In this document: one piece after another, positions 19,213-25,154 of the stretch
Numbering within the stretch: position 1 is the first letter of the stretch
Layout: each line of letters begins with the position of its first letter
NCBI RefSeq assembly: GCF_000020385.1
Contig: NC_010814.1
Location: 3,780,001 to 3,812,000 of the forward strand
Origin: Trichlorobacter lovleyi SZ
Lineage (GTDB): Bacteria > Desulfobacterota > Desulfuromonadia > Geobacterales > Pseudopelobacteraceae
Reading direction: 5' to 3'
Length of the DNA: 32,000 bases
Position numbers and translations under genes: made by a program
The notes under the pieces: generated by a model
What the model was told of the DNA's origin: nothing
Database searches by the model: none
The model's input: only the letters and a program-made list of their open reading frames with translations

Positions 19213-19821
19213 ATGGATAACGGCCCCACCATAGTAGAGGTCTTTTTCGATTACATCTGACCCTGGTGCTACCTCGGTACCGTGCGTACCGAACGCCTGC
19301 AACGGGAACACGGCGTGCAACTGCGCTGGAGCGCCTTCCCGCTCCACCCCGAAACCCCGCTGGAAGGAAGGGAGCTTGCCGAGCTCTTTGCCGGACGGGA
19401 GGCCATGATCCGCGACATGCAGGCCCGGTTGCTGCAGGTTGCCGCGATCGAGGGGGTGCCGCTGATAGAACGAAGCCGCACCTACAACAGTCGGCTGGCC
19501 CAGGAGCTGGGCAAATGGGCAGAGGCGCAGGGACACGGCAATCAGTTCCACCAGGCAGTCTACCGGGCCTTTTTCGTAGACGGGGTCAACATTGCGCTGG
19601 TTGATGAATTGGTGCGGATCTCCACAGCCGTTGGCCTGCCAGCGGATCAGACCCGGACGGTGCTGGAAGAGCGGAGTTATGCCGCGTCAGTGGATGCCGA
19701 CTGGCAGCGGGCCATGGAACTGCACATTACCGCCGTGCCGACGCACCTCTGCGGAGACAGGCGCCTGAGCGGTTTCGCAGCCTATGAAGATTTTGAGCGC
19801 CTGATCAGAAAGAATCCATAA
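19213..19821 (+). CDS. DsbA/FrnE-family thiol-disulfide oxidoreductase with in-frame TGA at the first active-site Cys position (candidate selenoprotein, U-P-W-C)
   Basis: ATG 19213 follows GGGGAG. It reads MDNGPTIVEVFFDYI-TGA(19258-19260)-PWCYLGTVRTERL.. in the same frame as ORF-track 19282..19821. FrnE homologues carry F/SD..CPWCY at exactly this place. A hairpin lies 13 nt downstream of the TGA. Confidence 0.65.
19265..19297 (+). promoter_or_regulatory. SECIS-like stem-loop immediately downstream of the in-frame TGA
   Basis: Upper stem UCGGUAC (19274-19280) pairs with GUACCGA (19286-19292); the loop CGUGC contains GU. A possible lower stem pairs GGUG (19265-19268) with CGCC (19294-19297). 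Confidence 0.45.
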
Positions 19822-19874
19822 ACTCTTGTGCAGAACAATCAAGGCGGCCGGTTGGCCGCCTTTTTGATTAAAGT
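19746..19874 (+). repeat. direct repeat copy 1 (functional 3' end of frnE-like gene plus terminator)
   Basis: Hand alignment with 21112-21240 gives 18 differences in ~122 positions. Encodes ..LCGDRRLSGFAAYEDFERLIRKNP*. Confidence 0.8.
19843..19865 (+). terminator. rho-independent terminator of the frnE-like gene
   Basis: GGCGGCC-ggtt-GGCCGCC followed by TTTTT, 22 nt after the stop codon. Confidence 0.75.
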
Positions 19875-19906
19875 GCGGGAAGCGTCCGTACGCCAGCTTT
19901 CCTAAA

Positions 19907-20030
19907 GGGTATTTCAGGGTATATTTATGGGTAACGCCGCCCCGCAATGTGAATCAAGACAGGGGTATCTGGAACAACATGGCTCCGGTAAGGGGACGTG
20001 GTATTCGGTGGGGAGATAAGCTGGTGGTAT
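19907..20030 (+). repeat. cluster of six GGGTAT/GGTAT short direct repeats upstream of and within the 5' end of the HTH gene
   Basis: GGGTAT at 19907, 19917 and 19963; GGGTAA at 19929; GGTAT at 20000 and 20026. The first three are 10-12 nt apart. Confidence 0.3.
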
Positions 20031-20528
20031 AACAAAGGCGGCCGACTGGCCGCTGGGAGGCAGCCAAAATACAAACTCATAGCGCGTCAACAGCTCGACA
20101 AAACGCTGTCTGACTATGCCGTCATAAAACAGAATGCACCGCCGGTGAAAGGCTGGATACGTGCCATCCGTGAAGCACTCGGCATGTCCGGCAAACAGCT
20201 GGCAAACCGCCTGAAGGTCAGTCAGCCGCGCATCCCCAGGCTGGAACAGGATGAGCTGTCAGGCGTTGTCTCACTGAAAACCATGCGGCAAGCTGCCGAG
20301 GCAATGGATTGCGTGTTCGTCTACGCCATTGTTCCCCGCACCACGTTAGAGGAATCCGTCCGGGCGCAGGCTCGCAAGGTTGCCGAAGCCAGAGCGCAAA
20401 GGGTATCGCACTCCATGCTGCTCGAAGCGCAAAATCTGTCAGACAAGGAGCAACACGCCTCACTTGATGCTGCCGTTGATGAACTCGTGCGGGAGATGCC
20501 CAGGGAGCTCTGGGAAAGCACGCCATGA
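19998..20528 (+). CDS. XRE-type HTH protein, mobile mystery protein A-like (putative antitoxin/regulator of the Fic protein)
   Basis: ..GWIRAIREALGMSGKQLANRLKVSQPRIPRLEQDE.. is an HTH. There is an ATGA overlap with the Fic gene. The start is uncertain: GTG 19998 has an RBS-like AGGGGA only 1 nt away, and a terminator-like hairpin copy lies inside the first 20 codons. Confidence 0.7.
   Translation: MVFGGEISWWYNKGGRLAAGRQPKYKLIARQQLDKTLSDYAVIKQNAPPVKGWIRAIREALGMSGKQLANRLKVSQPRIPRLEQDELSGVVSLKTMRQAAEAMDCVFVYAIVPRTTLEESVRAQARKVAEARAQRVSHSMLLEAQNLSDKEQHASLDAAVDELVREMPRELWESTP
20037..20053 (+). repeat. third copy of the terminator hairpin (GGCGGCC-gact-GGCCGC), without T tract
   Basis: The 23-mer aacaaaggcggccgactggccgc (20031-20053) differs at 1 position from 21204-21226 and at 4 positions from 19837-19859. 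Confidence 0.6.
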
Positions 20529-21109
20529 ACTTTGAGTATCCAGATGGGGCAACACCGCTTGACGCAGATGAAGCGCAAGGTCTGCTGCTTTCCCACATCA
20601 CCAGCCGGGGAGAACTGGACCGCTGGGAGCAGGAAAACATCAGCGAGGCCGAGGCATGGGCATTTCGCCGCAAGCCGAAAGATATCCTCACCATCGACTT
20701 TCTCAAGCGAATGCACAAAAGGATGTTTGGCACTGTCTGGCGCTGGGCAGGAGAAAGACGCACCAGCGGAAAGAATATCGGCGTTGATGTATGGCAGATA
20801 GACACCGGCTTGCAGAATCTCTGTGCCGACTGCGCCATCTGGATTGCATACGGCACCTATCCACCGGATGAGATAGCAGCACGCTTTCATCACCGGCTTA
20901 CCGCAATCCACCCCTTTCCCAACGGCAACGGACGCCATGCCCGGCTGATGACCGATATTCTGCTGGTGCATCTCTTGGGGCAGCCGCGTTTTAGCTGGGG
21001 AAGCGGCAATCTGGTTAATGCCGGTGACTGCCGGCAACAGTATATCAATGCACTCCGTGCCGCCGACCGGCTCGATTACAGCCTGTTGCTGGCGTTTGTA
21101 CGCTCATGA
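20525..21109 (+). CDS. Fic-domain protein, mobile mystery protein B-like
   Basis: Fic motif HPFPNGNGRHAR (HxFxxGNGRxxR, with Asn where AMPylating Fic proteins usually have Asp/Glu). 194 aa, translationally coupled to the HTH gene. Confidence 0.88.
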   Translation: MNFEYPDGATPLDADEAQGLLLSHITSRGELDRWEQENISEAEAWAFRRKPKDILTIDFLKRMHKRMFGTVWRWAGERRTSGKNIGVDVWQIDTGLQNLCADCAIWIAYGTYPPDEIAARFHHRLTAIHPFPNGNGRHARLMTDILLVHLLGQPRFSWGSGNLVNAGDCRQQYINALRAADRLDYSLLLAFVRS

Positions 21110-21111
21110 TT

Positions 21112-21240
21112 CCCTGTGCGGAGGCAGGCGCCTGAGCGGCTTCGGGGCCTATGAAGACTTTGCGCGTCTGATCGGGAAGAATGGGTAAGCTCTTGTGCAG
21201 AACAACAAAGGCGGCCGATTGGCCGCCTTTTGAATTCAAG
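21112..21240 (+). repeat. direct repeat copy 2 (orphan frnE 3' fragment plus terminator)
   Basis: Starts 2 nt after the Fic stop codon. Keeps an open tail LCGGRRLSGFGAYEDFARLIGKNG*, the stop codon and the hairpin. Confidence 0.8.
21210..21231. terminator. rho-independent terminator (copy 2), positioned to serve convergent genes
   Basis: GGCGGCC-gatt-GGCCGCC-TTTT. The minus-strand 280-aa gene stops at 21248, 17 nt away. Confidence 0.65.
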
Positions 21241-21247
21241 AAAGCTG

Positions 21248-22090
21248 CTACCGAAATTCTAGGAGTGCTGGAGATTTTTTAGAAATATTAAACCAGACAT
21301 TCGGCGTGTTAATGATCCATTTTAGTGTAAAGCCGCAATGAATGGCAGCTGCTATGAAAGCGCCATTACTAACATAATCGTCTTCCACACCTTTCAAGGT
21401 TGCCCACCGCTTAACGCGACGCTTCAACGTATAACTGTCCATAGATCTGTTGAGTGTTTTTATTTTGTTGCATCCCTTCAGCCACTCGCAACACAGTCTG
21501 AACTGTTCTAGTCCTGTGGCCTCAAGTTCTGAACGCAGGTTAAGGTACTCTTGCCGGTTTTCCTCTGCGGTCTTTTGCCAATCTGCGGTGAATCGTATGC
21601 CGTTGTGCGTCAGATAGGGTTCTTTGGATATTGCAGCAAGGAAGTCCTCATGTGATGGGATTGATAATACGAACGCAGGAGAGAAATTATCAGTGTCGCG
21701 TATTGTCCTACTGAGGCCTTCTTGCTGTGACGATGCCCTGACTGGGTCATCCTCTTCTTTGGTACTTAAGGGTGTATAGTTTGCTGCGGCGGTAGGGAGT
21801 ACCTGCTGCTTTTTCGCTGCAGCGAGAAGTGCATCCCAACACTTGAAGCCAAGAGTCTGTGCCACCTGATTGTAGGCATGCCCCAAAGGCAGTTTGTTTC
21901 CTAAAGGCTGTTCAAGCCGGTACTTTTTTACGGCTGTCTTGATCTGGTCGACAGCGGCCAAAGAGTCAGGTTTGGGGAGAGATACAACGTCGATCTTGGA
22001 TGCAATGCTTTCCGGTTTACTGATGAACGTTTCTGATACGGACTTCAGTGCTCCGCTGTCTGCGGCAGAATAGATGGTCTTCTTTGGCAT
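21248..22090 (-). CDS. hypothetical protein, 280 aa, no recognisable domain; lies in an AT-rich islet
   Basis: ATG 22090 lies 8 nt after GGAGGA; the ORF-track TTG 22114 is less likely. Long clean ORF in a region visibly more AT-rich than the rest of the window. Confidence 0.7.
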   Translation of the reverse strand: MPKKTIYSAADSGALKSVSETFISKPESIASKIDVVSLPKPDSLAAVDQIKTAVKKYRLEQPLGNKLPLGHAYNQVAQTLGFKCWDALLAAAKKQQVLPTAAANYTPLSTKEEDDPVRASSQQEGLSRTIRDTDNFSPAFVLSIPSHEDFLAAISKEPYLTHNGIRFTADWQKTAEENRQEYLNLRSELEATGLEQFRLCCEWLKGCNKIKTLNRSMDSYTLKRRVKRWATLKGVEDDYVSNGAFIAAAIHCGFTLKWIINTPNVWFNISKKSPALLEFR

Positions 22091-22391
22091 ATCCAAGTTC
22101 CTCCATGAGCGCAATTAAGTACGCCATTAGCTGCGGAGAAACACCCTATGTAAAGTGTGGACTTTCGCGAGGTGTTTTCCAATTCGAATAAGAACCATTT
22201 TTCGTCAGTTGTCTGCGTTACTGACAGTTCTCATCCCAATCGGAAAATCTGGGGGTGAGATGAACCGCTTTACCATTCGTCATTGACGCGCAGACGGCGG
22301 GCGGGTTCAGCCTGATGCGTAAGGTTATTGTAAAAAATGTTGGGCGTCAAGGGAGTTGTCAGTCATGTAAACAATCTGCAAATTCAAAAGG

Positions 22392-22432
22392 AAAAGGGCT
22401 GTCAACTTTTGCAAAAAGCTGACAGCCCTTTT
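22392..22432 (-). terminator. 13-bp perfect hairpin flanked by A/T runs (bidirectional-type terminator), downstream of the flavodoxin remnant
   Basis: AAAAGGGCTGTCA (22392-22404) pairs with TGACAGCCCTTTT (22420-22432). It lies 30 nt after the minus-strand TAA at 22463-22465. Confidence 0.55.
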
Positions 22433-22462
22433 CCCCCTTCCTGCAACTATCGCCTCTTTTGC

Positions 22463-22672
22463 TTACGTAATCAATCCAAGCTTCCTCAGCCAATTCGACA
22501 CGTTATTGTCCGTCGTGCTAACCGTCCCGCCGATTATCGCCAGACACGGACAAGACCTTTGCCGTCGGACAAAGCCTTTTGATATCCCGCTCGCTGCGTC
22601 CCAAACCGCTCCCCTCATGGGTGCAGTAGGGCACGATGGTCTTGCCCGAGAAATCGCAGGACTCCAAAACGC
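22463..22672 (-). pseudogene. flavodoxin-family gene remnant (C-terminal ~70 residues only, one frameshift)
   Basis: Minus-strand frames read ..VLESCDFSGKTIVPYCTHEGSGLGRSERDIKRLCPTAKVL.. and then, after a frame change, ..LAIIGGTVSTTDNNVSNWLRKLGLIT*. This resembles the short flavodoxin-like proteins (FLESYDFSGKTIIPFCTHGGSG..DIKKLCP..GLAI.G....V..WL). The N-terminal half is absent. Confidence 0.5.
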
Positions 22673-22690
22673 AAGGGGTTGTCCTTTGTT

Positions 22691-23878
22691 TCAAAAAGCC
22701 ATCCGCATGATCTGCAGGGCCTCATCCTTGCCAAGCAGGGCCAGGCAGCCCAGCTTGCCGTTTTCGACCGCCTTGGCTGCCATACCATCCAGGTCTTCCT
22801 GCTTGACCCCGGCCTCACGCAGGTTTAGCGGCATTTTGATGGTGGCATAGAACGCCTCCAACGCCTTGATACCTGCCTCTGCTGCCTTGGCATCGTCCTC
22901 TTCACGGATCTCCATGACATTGCGGGCAAACCTAGCAAAGACCGGCAGATGCTGCGGAGCCGCCTGCATGGTGTAGCGCATCCAGGCCGGCGTCAGCAGC
23001 GCCAAGGTAACGCCGTGGGTCATGTCGTACTGGCTGGAAAGTTCATGCCCCATGCCGTGTAGCGGGAAGGCGAAGCCCGGCTTGCCGAGCAGAAACTGGA
23101 ACCCGGCCAGGGCCATGGAACTGGCCCACATGATGTTGGCACGGGCATCATAGTCCTGCGGATTGGCCAGCAGCTTGGGGGCCTCCTCCAGCACCACCTT
23201 CATAACCCCTTCGTTCATCCGGTCCTGCACCTTGGCAGCAACATCGGGGGTGAAGTACTGCTCCATCAGGTGGCAGAGGATATCCGCCACACCGGCCATG
23301 GTGTGATGTTCCGGCACCGTATAGGTGTACTCCGGGTCCAGGATGGAGAAGCGGGGATTGACCAGCGGGTGCAGCAGCACCTTTTTCTTGTGATCCTCAC
23401 CCACCGTGATGACCGCACCCATATCCAGCTCGGAGCCGGTACCGGCCATGGTCAGAATGGTTGCCAACGGAGCGGCTGCAATGATTCTGGATGAGAGGCC
23501 GGATGCATCGACAAACAGGTCATTGACCGGACCAGCATACATCACCCCGGCGGCAATGGCCTTGCAGGCATCCAGGGTGGAACCGCCCCCCACGGCCAGA
23601 ATGAAATCACAGTTATTGTCACGATAGAGCTTGATCCCTTGCTCAACACTTTCAATCCGTGGATTGGGCTGGATGCCGCTCAGTTCCACATAGGCAAGGC
23701 CTGCTGTGTTGAGCTGTTCAAGAATGGTGTCATAGATGCCGTTCTGCTTGATGCTGCCGCCGCCATAGGTCAGCAGCACCTTGGAGCCACCCTCTGCTTT
23801 GATGGTCTGGCCGAGAACCTTGATCTGCCCCTTGCCGAAGTAGGCGGTGGTGGGAATGCTGAAAATGAAGTTGCGCAT
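22691..23878 (-). CDS. iron-containing (group III) alcohol dehydrogenase, BdhA/YqhD-like
   Basis: ATG 23878 after AGGAGA. MRNFIFSIPTTAYFGKG.., LLTYGGGSIK, ILAVGGGSTLD, GTGSE and His-rich metal-site blocks (HLMEQY, HGMGHELS) are collinear with E. coli YqhD and clostridial butanol dehydrogenases. Confidence 0.92.
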   Translation of the reverse strand: MRNFIFSIPTTAYFGKGQIKVLGQTIKAEGGSKVLLTYGGGSIKQNGIYDTILEQLNTAGLAYVELSGIQPNPRIESVEQGIKLYRDNNCDFILAVGGGSTLDACKAIAAGVMYAGPVNDLFVDASGLSSRIIAAAPLATILTMAGTGSELDMGAVITVGEDHKKKVLLHPLVNPRFSILDPEYTYTVPEHHTMAGVADILCHLMEQYFTPDVAAKVQDRMNEGVMKVVLEEAPKLLANPQDYDARANIMWASSMALAGFQFLLGKPGFAFPLHGMGHELSSQYDMTHGVTLALLTPAWMRYTMQAAPQHLPVFARFARNVMEIREEDDAKAAEAGIKALEAFYATIKMPLNLREAGVKQEDLDGMAAKAVENGKLGCLALLGKDEALQIMRMAF

Positions 23879-24034
23879 GTCTGTTCTCCTGTACGGATGT
23901 GATGATCGCATCCTACACCCCGAAGAAAAATGGCGATAGACCGATCCTGTCGATTTATTGCCTGATTCTCTTGATCATGAAAATGGCGTTGTAACGCAGG
24001 AAGCGGTTGGGTAGTATGCAATCAGGAGGTGCTT

Positions 24035-24979
24035 ATGGAAAATCCTGCTGTTTACGACGATTCTGATGTTGTTCGTCTGGCTGGAGCCATTGAAGAACTG
24101 AACAGGAGTATTGCCCGATGGACCGAACAGGGCGAAATGCATACAACTGTCATCCCGGGGCTGGCGCTGTTCCGGCGGACCGAGCCGACCGAACCGGTCA
24201 GCGGTATCTATGAACCGGGCGTCTGCCTGATTGCCCAGGGGGCCAAACGGGTCATGCTGGGTGATGACAGGTACCGCTATGACGCACAGCATTATCTGAT
24301 CACCTCGGTACATCTGCCGACCATTGTGCAGGTTATCGAGGCAAGCCCTGAAAAACCGTATCTTGGGCTGAGGCTGACATTCGATCTGCGCGAGGTTTCG
24401 CAGTTGATGGTGGACAGCAACCTGCCGCAGCCACGGCCCCAGCAGTCGAGCCGCGGTATGGCAACCGGCCAGGTGACCCTGCAGCTGGTTAACGCCTTTA
24501 TCCGTCTGATTGACCTGCTGGCAGATGAAAAGGATATCCCGATCCTGGCGCCGGTCATCCAGCGCGAAATCATCTACCGGTTACTGGTGGGAGACCAGGG
24601 GGAGCGGCTACGCCAGATCGCCACGGCAGGCAGCCAGAGCCAGCAGATTGCCAAGGCGATCGGCTGGTTGCAGAGCAACTATTCCCAGTCGATCAGCATG
24701 GATCAGCTTGCTGCTCAGACCAACATGAGTACGTCGACATTCCATCATCACTTCCGATCGCTGACCGCCCTGAGCCCGCTGCAGTATCAGAAACAGCTGC
24801 GGCTGCAGGAGGCCAGACGCCTGATGCTGGCAGAACGGATGGATGCCGCCAATGCCGCTTTTCAGGTGGGCTATGAAAGCCCTTCCCAGTTCAACCGTGA
24901 GTACAGCCGCATGTTTGGCGCACCGCCGCTGCGGGATATCACCAGCTTGCGCCAGCTGGCTGCCGACGGGAGGGGCTAG
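24035..24979 (+). CDS. AraC-family transcriptional regulator (AraC_N-type sensing domain + HTH), divergent from the dehydrogenase
   Basis: ATG 24035 lies 5 nt after AGGAGG. The C-terminal AraC HTH reads SISMDQLAAQTNMSTSTFHHHFRSLTALSPLQYQKQLRLQEARRLM..GYESPSQFNREYSRMFGAPP. Confidence 0.9.
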   Translation: MENPAVYDDSDVVRLAGAIEELNRSIARWTEQGEMHTTVIPGLALFRRTEPTEPVSGIYEPGVCLIAQGAKRVMLGDDRYRYDAQHYLITSVHLPTIVQVIEASPEKPYLGLRLTFDLREVSQLMVDSNLPQPRPQQSSRGMATGQVTLQLVNAFIRLIDLLADEKDIPILAPVIQREIIYRLLVGDQGERLRQIATAGSQSQQIAKAIGWLQSNYSQSISMDQLAAQTNMSTSTFHHHFRSLTALSPLQYQKQLRLQEARRLMLAERMDAANAAFQVGYESPSQFNREYSRMFGAPPLRDITSLRQLAADGRG

Positions 24980-25051
24980 CAGCCCCCCGGCAGTACCGGC
25001 ACCGCGCAACACTGCAAGACAACGCGCTGTATACGCGCCACACCGCCATCA

Positions 25052-25067
25052 TGGCCCCCTCCTTGCT
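25052..25067 (+). promoter_or_regulatory. candidate sigma-54 promoter TGGCCC-N5-TTGCT
   Basis: GG-N10-GC spacing is correct and -12 TTGCT matches the consensus; -24 has one mismatch (TGGCCC vs TGGCAC). It lies 88 nt upstream of ATG 25155. Confidence 0.35.
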
Positions 25068-25154
25068 TCACCAGACTACAGCCGCTATCTGCCTGTCCAG
25101 CACCGGCGGTGTCATGCAGCGCACCCTTTCACACCCTGAGGAAACTATCGTTTT

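Larger units (their letters stand above)
19746..21240 (+). mobile_element. putative inserted HTH-Fic cassette bounded by a diverged duplication of the frnE 3' end; no recombinase gene present
   Basis: Direct repeats at 19746-19874 and 21112-21240 enclose two genes typical of mobile contexts (mobile mystery protein A/B type). Confidence 0.45.

Noticed and set aside
19282-19821. ORF-track GTG-started 179-aa version of the DsbA-like gene
   Set aside because: It would lack the thioredoxin-fold N-terminal strand and the redox motif. The same frame continues upstream through a single TGA to an ATG with a good RBS, so the longer recoded (or, less likely, pseudogenised) reading is preferred.
19822-21240. 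Idea that the HTH-Fic unit is an integron gene cassette with attC sites
   Set aside because: No GTTRRRY / RYYYAAC core sites were seen and no intI or attI is nearby. The flanking hairpins look like ordinary GC-stem, T-tract terminators.
22337-22850. Plus-strand ORFs 22337-22582 and 22506-22850
   Set aside because: They run through the 13-bp terminator hairpin, the antisense of the flavodoxin remnant and the 3' end of the dehydrogenase. There is no RBS and the composition is junk.
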